Assembly: GCA_032718475.1 (NCBI GenBank) | Contig: JAUCBJ010007936.1 | Coordinates: 62,001-126,000, forward strand | Origin: Nemertoderma westbladi | Lineage: Eukaryota > Animalia > Xenacoelomorpha | Direction of reading: 5' to 3' | DNA: 64,000 nucleotides | Shown: piece by piece, positions 37,404 through 49,559 of the stretch | Numbering within the stretch: position 1 is the first letter of the stretch | Layout: the number at the start of each line of letters is the position of its first letter | Made by a program: the position numbers and the translations under genes | Notes under the pieces: generated by a model | The model's input: only the letters and a program-made list of their open reading frames with translations | What the model was told of the DNA's origin: nothing | Databases searched by the model: none

Positions 37404-37949
37404 ATTTTATTTCATATATTTTATTAGTTTCTGTCTATTGCTTCATGTTGTCTTTGCATTATTAATATTGAATATAAAAGTCATTAGTTCATCTGTATAA
37501 ATTAGTCTAATAATAATAAAAAAAATTATATGAATTGCATGCACAATGTAGTATAAACTGAACGCGAAGGGAATGTGAAGTAATATATTTGTATATGGAG
37601 GTTGGGGATTGCAATAAAGGTCATACACACCACGAATAACAGTGACCCAACCACCTTAACAAAACACATAGGAGTAAATAAATATTCCATTACAAATCCA
37701 TAAATAAATTAATTTATCTTCAATAAAATATCGAATTCGTTGATGATAAATCATAATATGAGGATGTAAAATATAATGTAATGAATAAAAATACTAAATG
37801 TATGCCATATTATATACTTTGGGCCCAGTAGCTGAGTTGATGAACTCAGCTACTGGCTGGTTGGTTATCTCCTATTGCCAATCTTCACTTTGTAATGGGA
37901 GAGCATAAAGGATTGAATCCGCTAAAAATTCTACTTGGAATAATTCTAC

Positions 37950-38207
37950 TTGGCACCCGCCGAAAAAAACAAGTTTGAACTTTCTAAATCAATTTATATG
38001 AATTCCATCCAATTGCAAACAGCAAAAAACCGGTGCAAATCAAAAATAGAGATGTTACAATTCATATTTAATGAAATGTAATTTTCTAAAAACGTCTCAG
38101 AAAAAGTGCCAAAAGTATGGTTAAAAAATGGTGCTATAACTCGAAAACTACCCAATATTTTTGAAAACGGTTTTCACTACTAGGAAGACAATATATTTTT
38201 AGGAAAG
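37950..38207 (-). mobile_element. Inverted fragment of the 6375-7961 MITE family
   Basis: Reverse complement of ~6480-6740. Confidence 0.85.
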
Positions 38208-38479
38208 GTCCAGTATAGACATAGTGGGGTGTGTATCATCTCTATTGCAGATGCCTGTACTCAGTATTACTTATACTCTGAAATCTAATTAAAGTTTATT
38301 GGAAGTTATATCCTGCTTGGATGTGATAAATCATTAATCCATCTTGACTATAGTCGACTGAAGCAAACTTAGTCACCATCTGTCTCCGTTCAGTTTTACT
38401 GAATACTGTCACCATTTTCTTTGGTCATTTTAGTGTCTTCTATTGGACGTTTTGCCATAAAGGATTACAGTACAGTGGA

Positions 38480-39565
38480 TTACTGTACTTGTACTTGTGT
38501 GTGGGGCGAGACACGTAGTCGGCGAGCCTTGGCATACGGTTCATATAGGGCAAATGGGGCATGTCCGTCTGTCTGTCTGTCCGTCCGTCCGTCTGTCTGG
38601 TAAATGTTTGAACGCGAATTTCTCGGCATCGCTCGTTCGGAATTGAACCAAACTTAGTAGGTAAGTAGTAGAGAGAAAGTTTAGAAAGTTTGTAAAGTTT
38701 GGTGAAAAATCATGCAGTCTGACGTCAGCTACGACAGATTATGTGGTTTTTAGAAAATGTTAAATTTCTCGGGAACGCCTCATTTTCCTGAGCTGAAATT
38801 TTGGTTGCTTGTAGAGAATTATGAAGTCTATCTTTTACGAAATTGAAAAGTTAAGACATTTAATTGGGGATCCGCTAGAGACTCCGAAGTAATGACATAG
38901 GCCTACCGGTACGCTAGGCCTACTGTTGTACTTATCAGTAGTGATTATGAAATTGCAGTATAAAACTTTAATACCTTCATTGGCCAGCTCGTTACCTCGA
39001 GCGGTGTTGGCTGAGTGGATAAGGCGTTGGACTATCCATCCAATGGATCTTCTCGCGCTGGTTCGAATCTCTGGCGAAACTTATTTTGCACGTTTTTTAT
39101 ATTAAATTTTTTTAAAGCCAACAATAATTACTAGAATTAAACCAACTTTTATTACATTATGCATGCAGTCTATTAGAAATTTAGAAATAATCTGAGTTTT
39201 TATCAAAATAAGACTGTCGGACACTCGGTACCGGTAGTTTCAGACTTTTGATAAAAACTGAAATAAGTCGTTCAATCAAATGATGAATTAAACCAAACTT
39301 GTACGTATGCAGTCCATTAAAAGTTTGGAAAGTATCTGAAGTTACTAAAAATAGGTCAGTCGGTACCGGTGGTTTCAGACTTTTTATAAAAACCGAAATA
39401 AGTCGGGCAATTGCAGTTCAGACTTTTTATAAAAACCGAAATAAGTCGGGCAATTGCAGATTAAATTAAACCAAAATTTGTACGTATGCATGCACTCTCG
39501 TGCTGCGCGAAGTCCCCACGAACGTGTACAAGTACAGTTACGTGTACAAGGGACACGTTAAACAA
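38480..39565 (+). mobile_element. Helentron-associated non-autonomous element (HINE/DINE-1-like)
   Basis: Subterminal IR actgtacttgtac (38482) and gtacaagtacagt (39526), (GTCY)n microsatellite at 38563-38598, internal tandem repeats at 39220-39490, and a 3' hairpin acgtgt...acacgt. Confidence 0.75.
39001..39080 (+). pseudogene. tRNA-Ser-like pseudogene or SINE head
   Basis: A-box tggctgagtggataaggc, anticodon stem ttgga/tccaa, long variable arm and B-box ggttcgaatc. The acceptor stem does not pair. Confidence 0.7.
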
Positions 39566-41817
39566 TTATTTACATCCAGTAGCTAGTACCATCACTGCAA
39601 ACTGGATAATAAAGCAGCACTCATTAACATAAATGGAAATAATACATTCTGGAATACGGTAATTTAAGTTGTTTCCATGCCATTGATTAATTTGCACCTG
39701 TTCCATCCTATATGCTGCAACACTGCAAATTAGTACTTTGCAGCGTTAGGAATAATTCACCAGAATGCTGTTAAGCTGACATAATGTAACAAAAAATGGT
39801 GTTGTGCTTCATACATATACAAATCCCTGGTCCTTTGTAAGCATTTCAATTAGAGCTTTACCATAGAAGGGCATTATTGGCGTGTTGTGGCGTTTTTCCA
39901 ATTGTGTGCTCGGGCATTTTACCACCAGTGCGCATAACGGTCATAGGTGTTTTTTCGTTTGCGTAATGGAGACACAAGGTATAGACATTTGCATGTGTGG
40001 CGCTTGCCCATAAGTGGTATAAGATCCATGTAATGCGCCAGCACATTTTACACTGGAGGTGGGGGGGCAAAATAGCACCAAAAATGATGGTTGCATTGCC
40101 AGAAAACATTTTTAACAAGTTATATCATGATCAGCGACCTCGAAAACGCTTTATACCATCAAAATTGTAATTTTTGAATCAAGATCTAAAAAATTTATAA
40201 AATGACCCCCCTGACCAATAACGTTGTAAAATAGCTCAGGCCAGATAGTAGTAATAAGCATTAATACTATCTTTATACAAATGCAAAATCACTACTCCTA
40301 TTATAAGCATTTAAGCAGATATTATAAGCTTAATTCTCGATTATGATAGAGCTAACCCAAAGAATTTGGGCAGTACGTACATGGTGAACTATAACGAGTT
40401 GGGTGTGGTTTACTAATGTCAAATCCTCCTACATGGGTCACACATGGGATACATGGGTAAGAAGGTGATGATACATTTATTGCTGCGCTAGAGAAAGCTA
40501 GGGAATTTAAGCAGAGTGGTTGTAGCTTTTGAACTATTTCTGATGCATTACCTTATGTTATTGATTCAAGTGAAGTGCGAATTCGCTTCCTTCAAGGACA
40601 AATTTGGGTGAGGCAATACCATCTTCATGCGATGAAGAAACTGCTCAACAGTAAAAGATAATTAAAAACAATTGTCCTGTGAGTGTGGCATCTAGTTCTG
40701 TAGGCCTACTGAGTCCAGCTACCAGTAGTGATTATCCACCAACAGTACCAGTTCAGTCATCATTTCAAACCTTTATAAGGGAGAAATTGAGCGCATCACT
40801 TCAATGAAAGACTAACGTGGGAGGTAGATCAACAACAAAAAGAAAACTAATTCCGGGCCAGCAAGCAGGTGAAGTTCTGACAATGGACATGGCCATGAAG
40901 CGGCTGAAGGAAAAAGAGCATGCTGCTGCTACAAAGAGGCTAAAAACTGTTAGAAAAGTGGTACCAAAGAAACGTCCAACAATTCAGAAGTCTACCTTAA
41001 TACTTGATAGCTCAGATTCTGACACTGACACAAACGTACTGAGCAGCTCTAGTTCAGATTCCGACATCTCTGGGGCCTCATGCTCATCCTCAACAGATGA
41101 GGCGAGAGAAGACAATTCAATTCAATTTAATTTATATTAACCTTAAAACTTTAGCCAGCATGCTGGACTAAAGGCAGTGAAATGGCACCGAAGTTACACA
41201 TTAAACTGATAGTTTAAAAGGTCAAAGTCAGCGGGCTGGATGGACTTGGTCCATCTTCTATGTACGTGTTGACACAATATAATTTGTAAATAATACGACA
41301 GTAAACAATAGAATAAGATATTTACTGTACACATTACAACCGTACTTAGTTAACTAAAGTTGTATGGTGTATGGTTAAATAAAACTACGTGCATGGGAAA
41401 TCCGGTGTGATGGGCAGTTCATTACAGTACAGCAGTATTCAGGTATTAGCTGCAGACAGTACTGGTATGGCAGTCCTGTAGGCAATATTCTACCTTGTGT
41501 TTATACGGTTGCTAGGTGATGGGTAATGACAGCTGGTGGTGGTTGAATTATGTTTGTCCAGTAATTGTTGTGCTTCGTGTGTTATTTTTAAAGATGAATA
41601 TAATATAATATACTGTCAATGTCCTGAGGAAGAAAAAAAAAAAAAAAAACGTGCATGGGCCAGGCTCAGCCATACATAAACTATTAACGTGCTAATTCGG
41701 TTACGTTCTTAAAGCTGAAACTAGAATGAACAGTACAATGTCTTTTTATATACCCAGTGCTTTGAAAGTTACCCAGATTTAGATATGTCATTAAGTAGGT
41801 TCGCCATTGGTAATATT

Positions 41818-43419
41818 TTATAAATAATAGAACCTGCCTGTTGCGTGATTAATTAAGGACGATATAGTTTGCTCGGTTTTTTTATTATTATTAGTGATTT
41901 TATTTAATATTGCCCATTTGTCTTTTATTGCAGTTGCATCATTTAGTTTTGATTTTATATATTTATTTTTTAGGTTTTTATTTAGTGAGTTAAATTTATT
42001 TCGAATTGTTTTATAGTCTGCAAAGTCACTTTCACTTTTTGAATGTCTCCACCTGATTAATTTTTGCTGTTTTTCAATATTTAGGGATGATAGTTCTGAG
42101 TTCCACCATAGTGATATGTTGTGCAAGTTGCTTTTGATATTATTGCTAGATCGTATGCATTTAGTTTTAATTGGTGCATGCTTATCATATATTTCATTTA
42201 ATTTATTTTCGAAGTTGTCGTAAACGTAATCTACATTGCTTGTAAAGTAATTATTCGTCCAGTCAATTTTACTAATTTCATTAAGAAAATCAGATTCAAT
42301 GAAATGTGATAGATCGCGGAATTTAACTGTAGAATATACTGGTTTCGTGTTTTGTGGTGGTTGTGAAATTACTTGTTTGGATTTCAGTACTATAAATTCG
42401 TGATCGGAAAAGTCAGCCGGAAATGTATTGCATTCAATATAGTTATCTGTATTATTTGAGGTGGTTATGAACATAAAGAGAGCTGGTTTTTGCTTTATAT
42501 CTAGTGGGGTGCTCGGTATTTAGGATTTGTAAGTTGTATGTCGTTAGTATTTCCAGGAATTGCTTGTTTTTATAATATGCGAGTAATTTTTTGATTGGGG
42601 GTCATATGTGGATTGAATATTAACATTAAAATCACCCATTAGAAGGTCATTTTGAGATGCATTGGTAGCATTCTCCATTTCCTCGGTCAGGTCATCCCAA
42701 ATATTATTAGCATGTGGTGGTATGTAGAATACACCTACTAGAGTATCGCCTATATTGATCCACAATGAGTCATATTTTTTATTTTCTTTCTTATAATTGC
42801 TTGTATTGCTTTTATTATTATTCGTTGTAGTGCTATTGTTCCCTATTTTAATATCCCCCCTTGTATTGTATTTAATGTGACTAGGTATGTAAAATAAGAC
42901 ACCTCCCCCTTTCTTCTTTCTCCTATCCTGCCTTTCAATGTTGTAACCTGATAATTGTATTGATTTTGATGCTATGTGGCGTGTTTCCGATATACTGATT
43001 ATTGTGTTAGTCGTTATTTTGGGGTCAGTTTGAAGAAGGTCTTTAATATCATTGTAGTGTTTCATGTGACTTAAAGCGTTAATATGAATAAATTTTATTT
43101 CGTTTGGATTATTGACTAGATACTGGCGTTATTGGTACATGTTGCTCCATAACGGCCCTTGAGGCAATATTACAGGCCCTGGATTTGGGTGAACGTCACC
43201 ACATTTTAGTAACATAATGTTAATTGTTAGGCTAATTATAATTAGTGTGTCGATGCCGGAGGTTATATATAAGTATGCAATGTACAGTATCAGTTTGGTT
43301 GCCTGAGTTGCGTTCATATATGCTCTATGAGTTCTATATGTTTTGTATATTTTTTTAAAAATTTGATATGTGAGTGATCCCTTAGAATTGTTTGAATATG
43401 TCAATGGATTCCACCACAC
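41818..43419 (-). pseudogene. LINE ORF2 N-terminus: 2A-like motif plus APE endonuclease, frameshifted
   Basis: LLKCGDVHPNPGP, ISETRH, RQDR..KGGGVLFYI, GVFYIPP, MGDFNV and SDHEFI. Confidence 0.85.
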
Positions 43420-44273
43420 TGCGTTATATATAATAGCAAGAGTTAATTTAAAATTGTTTGAAAGTGCTGGCCTAGTATTATTACAGAAAACAAAAAGGGA
43501 TATTGAAATTATTAAAAAAGCAGAGCTAGAAAAAATATGAAAATATATTTCTGAATGAATAAATCGAGAGATTGATTTGTTGAAATCTTGCTATACAATG
43601 ATATTATTAGAAGTAAAGTATAACCACTGGAACAGGTGATATTGAATTTAAGATTTTGTCTTCGTGAAGTTTTATTTTGATGTAAGCGTAAGGGTAGTCT
43701 ATTATACTTATTCTGTCTTTGTCGTCTGCTGAGGAGGTTCAGTCGGGGTTGGGGGGCTGTAGTTGTTTTGCTGCGCAAAAAATGACTGTCACATGTTTGT
43801 TTTACCAATATGCATAAACATAGACACAACCCACTGAGCCTGGCCTTGGATATTCCATGCATATGTTTAACAATATTGTTCAAATAAAAATATATCAAAT
43901 AGAAGCATTTCATTAATGAATAAATTGCACGATTTATTAGGACTAGTGAATTGTATGTGAGAAAATACATTATCGTGCTCAGCCCGCTGAACTTTGACAT
44001 AACTACGATATATATGATATATAGGCTTAGTAATATATTGAACATAAAAACCGTGTAAATATTATATATATTCAATCGGAAGTTAAAACCCAAATGGGTA
44101 TTACGCAAAGAATTTACCTTCAGAGTTAAGCATAATTTGAAATACAGTAGGGCTAACGATACAAACCAGATAAAATCAAGTAGAAGGTACTTGAATGTTA
44201 TTAGTGCGAATTAAAAAAAGAAAAAAAATATATATATAATTGGATGTGGTACTCATTAGTTTGGACCTAATAT

Positions 44274-45939
44274 TTATCCTTGGATATCATCTGGATTTAT
44301 AACTTGCAGTAGGTCTATTAGAGCCGATATCATACCTCGTTTCTTTGCGAGCGGATCAATCTGTACGGCCATTTGTCTGACGGTAGTGAGCGGTGGTGAT
44401 GGCGTGGGTAGTAGGGCAGATCGCGCAATGGTAGTTGATGCCTGGTTTGCCACGGGTATGACTGACGACTCTTGCGCTCGACCCGACGCTGAAGTAGGTG
44501 TAGGTCGTGGCAACAAACCAGGTCTCTCAACGACACAGCTATAAAGATCAGTAGGGAGTTGAGTGGATCTTTGTGTCTGTGAAGGCATTGTAGAGGTTGG
44601 TACGGGGCCATTGAAACGCGTCAGCTGGATTTTGTTTGGGTTAACGGCCCGAAACTCGAACAGGTGGTAGCGGATCGATCTCCCAAGCAGCGGAATAAAT
44701 CTCTCCTTAATATGTTTATCATCATACAGGTGTATCCTTGATATCGAATGGTGTCGGGCGACGCTGTTGTGCTATTCTTAGTAACCTGCTGTTTATTATG
44801 TATACATCTATGTCACGGCGGGGTAAAATCGATGATACAACGATTTCGACAGCCCCCCAGTGTTCCCTCGCAAGATCGATAGCCCTCGTAATATTATGTA
44901 CGACGCGTTGTTCCCCTCCATTAGTATCAATGTCGTTAGTACCCGAGTGCATGTATATACGGTTAATGTTTGGGTATTTCTTCGCAGCAACTTCTATGTT
45001 TATTAGTATATCTTTGGTAGTCGGAGTCACCATCATTTTGGCGTTGGTGTCGACCCGTGTTGTGTTGATGTAACGCCTATTACTATCCATCATGAGCAAG
45101 GTAGTACACTTGGTTTGTCTCTGTTTTGATACTTCCTTAAATGGTGGTTCAGTTGTAGGATGATCAACAGACTTTGTTATAGACTCTAATGCCTCGTCGG
45201 GTTGTACATGTACGGATGCGTCCATATTTCCGGTACTTGTAGCTACGGGTTCTTTATCTTCCGGTGTATCGATTTTGTTAACACTGCTACCAGTACCTAC
45301 TGTATCGATCGTTGCCATCGAAACTGGGGGTGGTGATCGATTGAAGATGGGATCGGTGGGTTTATCAGGACCAGCAGCAAGAGAAAAGATTGGTGATGAA
45401 GTGGTGTAATTATTTTCTTTGTTCTGTTGTAATTCTACAATTTCTTTGGACATACGTTTGATTAGGGCGCTATCGTACCATTGCGTTTGTTCTAGATTTA
45501 CGATTCTTTTCCCTAGATTATCTATCAAGTTGAATAGATCTGCATTCGACAGTTCATTTTGGGATGAAGTAGCCGTAGTATGTACCAGTACGTTGTCGTC
45601 ATATTGACTGGTTATAATAGGCCTACCGTATCCACTAGCAGAATCTGTATTAAAGACAACTGTATCATTATTTAGGCCAGCGTTAGTATCTCTCACCCCA
45701 TCCGTGGTGGCGATGTCAATTGGGGAGACTTGCGGTAGACTAAAGGAGCTGAATTGAAAATATTGAGATGAATTATTGGAGGCGGGTAGAATTGGAGTAG
45801 AGCTACCGGTTGTGGTGTGACTTCCGGCATGGCTAATGGTTGTCTCCTCCAGATCAATAGTTGAACCTTCCGCTTGTGGATTATGGTTTGGTCGTAGCGT
45901 AGATGTAGCGGGTCTGGTTTGTTTAGGGGTACGTATCAT
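44274..45939 (-). pseudogene. LINE ORF1 with SGNH/GDSL esterase-like domain
   Basis: LLMMDSNRRYI, MHSGTNDI and VVSSILPRRD after a coiled coil. The frame breaks near 44722. Confidence 0.8.
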
Positions 45940-46769
45940 TGCGACGAATTGTTCAATACAACAATATGCAATATGTAGAAATCAAATCAAATATATAGTA
46001 TATACAGAATTCAGATAGGGCAGTATGAAGCCGTTACCGTACTGGTAGTCAGTAGTTAGTCCTCTACTGAACCGATCACTATGATGCTTTAACCATGATG
46101 CTTTGAATGAATTTAGCATTGGAGACATGCTAATAGTGGAATATGAAGGGTCTTTTTTTCCTGGGAAGCTTATAAGTATAGAGGGATCCGACTTCATGGT
46201 CTCCACAATGGTCCCTGCTGGGAGTTGGGTGAATTGGAAGTGGCCCAACTCTCAGCATGCAGAACAGTGTTTTTATCAAAGGGACAAGGTGAAAGAAAAT
46301 ATTCTGCAAGTGTACCCATGTAACAACCGGGGTGTGTACATGATCCCATCTATGCTGAAATATGTAGCCCAAGGAGAAATATAGTCTGTGATAAATACTT
46401 AGGATTATGGAACATGTTTTGTCTATGTTTGCAATACGTCTTCATGACTTTATTAACTTCTTTATATAGAATCTTTTAGTGATGTTATTTTTTATATTTC
46501 AAAATGGAAAATGTTGCCTTTTCAATGACTGTCTAATGTATTTTTTTCCCAATGTTAACATGGGGTAAACAGAATAATCATTCTAATTACCCCATGGGAC
46601 CTTCCATAGTCAGTTTGTTATAAGTTGAACATGTGTTTCTTTTTACCCCACTCGGGGGTAATTAGAAACAAACAGAAGTTAAAAAAATCTCACCCATCCA
46701 TCATTATTTAATAGGTGGATGAGTGAGAGGTATGCATAATTAGAAAGCCAATATTTTAAACTACCAGTA

Positions 46770-48450
46770 ACCAGCAAAGACACATCCGGCTAATATCCGG
46801 ATAATATCCAGCTAAACCCCGCTAAACCCCGCTAGCTTGGTTTTTAGCGTTTTAATATCCAGCTAATAGCTGGATAATAGTATCCGGCAATTCTCTGGAG
46901 AAAATATCCACTAAATATCTGGAAAAAATCCTTGATTTAGCGTCACTTTAGCGTATGAATAAATTGACCTAATAAATCACGGGGTTTTAGCGCCACTTTA
47001 GCGTATAGAGGAGCTAAAACTAGCTGAGAGTAGCAGGATTTTAGCACCAATTTAGTCGCTAAATATAGATGTAAATAGCGGTGTTCTACCGACTAAGGAA
47101 TGGTGGGTGGAGACGTGGGGGGGGGGGGGGGGGGAGTTGTACTTACACAAATCCCATCTCGGCGAATTAATATCTCGTCTCATTGTTAAATTATTATGGT
47201 TAGGACTAAATATGAATTTTGGTTGCCGTCAGCAACCACTCCACCCCCCCCCCCCCCCCCCCCCTCTTTTCTGGATAGATGAGGCCATGTACGTACAGTA
47301 TTCCTCCATAACATATGTACAAACATCCCAGGAAGCTGAAGACATTCGCCAAAGATATTGAACATTGACATACAGTATGGTTACTTATTCAGTTTTCACC
47401 CATGATGTAATAATCTACAGTATGAGACAATGTTTAGATTACAGTAGGCCCTAGGTACAACATGCCGACATTACCAGTGAAATACCCCAATTAGCCAATT
47501 TGAAATTTTAAAATAATGTAATAATTGTAATCACTAGTTGAACGTAATTAAATATGAACCAACACATTCAATAATGATCGTTCACTTTTCATTCAGTTTT
47601 ACGTCCATTTATTTATATCAACAATACAGTCAGTACCTAAAATATGAACGATCATGGCACGATGTTTTCATTTTTATGAACTTTCACAAGTTTACCATAA
47701 TTAAAGCCATCCCAATGACGTTTTTGATAATTAAAATGATTTACAACATCCTAACAACCAACAACATCCCAACAACAAATATTAAACTGTCAAAAATTAA
47801 ACTGCATTTACATAAACCACCAACCCCAACCACCCGACACTACCTCAATTTGCAGAAAACTGAAATTATTGGATAGATATATGGTTTCTTGTCTTCGAAT
47901 AATCGATTAGAAACAGTTTACAATTTATTGTTTTTAATAAATTCATAATTATGAATTATCTAATATGATTGTAAATAAGATCAAATATATAGATTTTAAT
48001 AATCGAATTAATATTTTTTGATGATCGCTTAAAGTTATATAGGATACTCCTAAGTCTTAATGCATTATATATTCTCTTATTATACTCAAACGATTACATC
48101 TCAGTTTGTATGGAGTATTGTAGGTGTAGGGCCTGTAGGTGTAGGCATAGGGTAGGTATGGTAGGCTAACCACTCCAGCCCCCCCCCCCCCCCCCCCCCT
48201 CCTCTATCCAATGTGATTGGACAAAGCGAATTTTTTTTAACCTGGGCAGCTACAAATGCCGCTAAATCCACGCTAAAGTGCCGCTAAGGAACCGCTAAAA
48301 ACCGGATAATTATCCCGCTAAAAACACCGCTATAGCGGGGACCACTTTTACGGCGATTATCCGGATATTATCTTATGAAAATAGCGGGATATTAGCAGGA
48401 TGGTACATCCCGCTATTAGCGTGCTAATCGCTGGATATGTATTTGCTGGA
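46770..48450. mobile_element. PIF/Harbinger-like MITE with repetitive subterminal arms
   Basis: TIR ccagcaaagacacatccggc and gctggatatgtatttgctgg (17/20 match), with many gctaaa, ttagcg and atatcc subrepeats. Confidence 0.7.
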
Positions 48451-48499
48451 TTTGCTAAATTTGCTATTTGCTACATTATATGACTGGCATGTCATCTCA

Positions 48500-49015
48500 G
48501 CAGTTAAGCAACTAATTATGTAAAAACCTTCTCTCTCCAGCTCATGTATGTCTGATTCATCCCATCACCCAACAGATTCCCGTGAGAGATACATGGGACT
48601 CTTTGCTCAAGACCACTAACTCCAAGGACGACTGGAACCACATCGACTGGCGTGGAGATATTAAACTGTCAGATTTACCATCCTCAAATATTGACAGCAA
48701 ACCATCTGATGAAGAATTTGCAACCTACTTCAAAAAACCTTTAAACCACATTCCATGTGACTGACATTATCTTCGATGTATCTCAAGACCCATCCACCCC
48801 TTGTCTTGACTCCCCTTTCTCTGATGACGAGGTTAACGAAGGCCTAAATAACCTAAAAGCAAATAAATCTGCAGGACATGATGGTATTGGTCCAGGTCTA
48901 CTCCACAGTCATCAGCGGTACTCTTTCCTAAACCTTGCCTTCCTTGATTGTGATTTTCCTACAAATTGGTATTTAAGCAAGAAGCAAGATTTCTTAATTT
49001 TCAAATGTGGGTGCG
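48500..49015 (+). pseudogene. Degenerate LINE ORF2 fragment (pre-RT region)
   Basis: LDSPFSDDEVNEGLNNLKANKSAGHDGIGPGLL. Confidence 0.7.
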
Positions 49016-49559
49016 ATAATTTATTAGAAAGTAAGGATCACCTCCGGGGCTCCCCTCCTTCACTATTGAAAAACGCTTTGAAAAACGCGTATACGTAGAA
49101 AATTTCCAAATGAGTTCCAAATTGATCCATTCGCAGAACAAATCTCCCCGCACAATTCCCTCTAGCTAGACATATCCCGTCCCTCCACAAGCTTGCCTAT
49201 GCGTATACAGACAAAATCGAACATATCTATACTGTACCATTTGAAATAGTTATAAAAAACAAAATATTTTATGGGACGTCTATTCACATCCTTGACAGAA
49301 CTACCCCCCGTACAAAACCACCAATGCCTCTATCTAGACACATCCTGTCCCTGCCAATACGCACGCCTACGCGTATACGGAGAAAACGCACCCATATACT
49401 GTACACCAACTTGCACTCGTTATAAACCACCCCACTTACAAAGCCTCAATGATTCCACTCCCCTGCCGTCTCTATCCTATCCCTTCCTCCCCGTACCAAG
49501 AAAACGATCACAAAATATATATATTATGTATATAAATATACAGTATGAAATTAAACGGA

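Larger units (their letters stand above)
41114..46105 (-). mobile_element. CR1-group LINE with esterase ORF1 and APE; RT deleted
   Basis: (ATTGA)n-like tail at 41114-41135. ORF1 and APE motifs are present. The host frame is restored on removal. Confidence 0.8.
40540..46384 (+). pseudogene. C-terminal remnant of a pogo/Tigger-like transposase, split by a LINE
   Basis: GEVLTMDMAMKRLKEKE and an acidic linker (40817-41115) join in frame (EDN-EFSIGD) to IGDMLIVEYEGSFFPG...WKWP...NNRGVY (46106-46384). No DDE core seen. Confidence 0.55.

Noticed and set aside
39001-39080. Functional recoding tRNA
   Set aside because: The acceptor stem is unpaired and position 37 is not a purine, so it is treated as a pseudogene.
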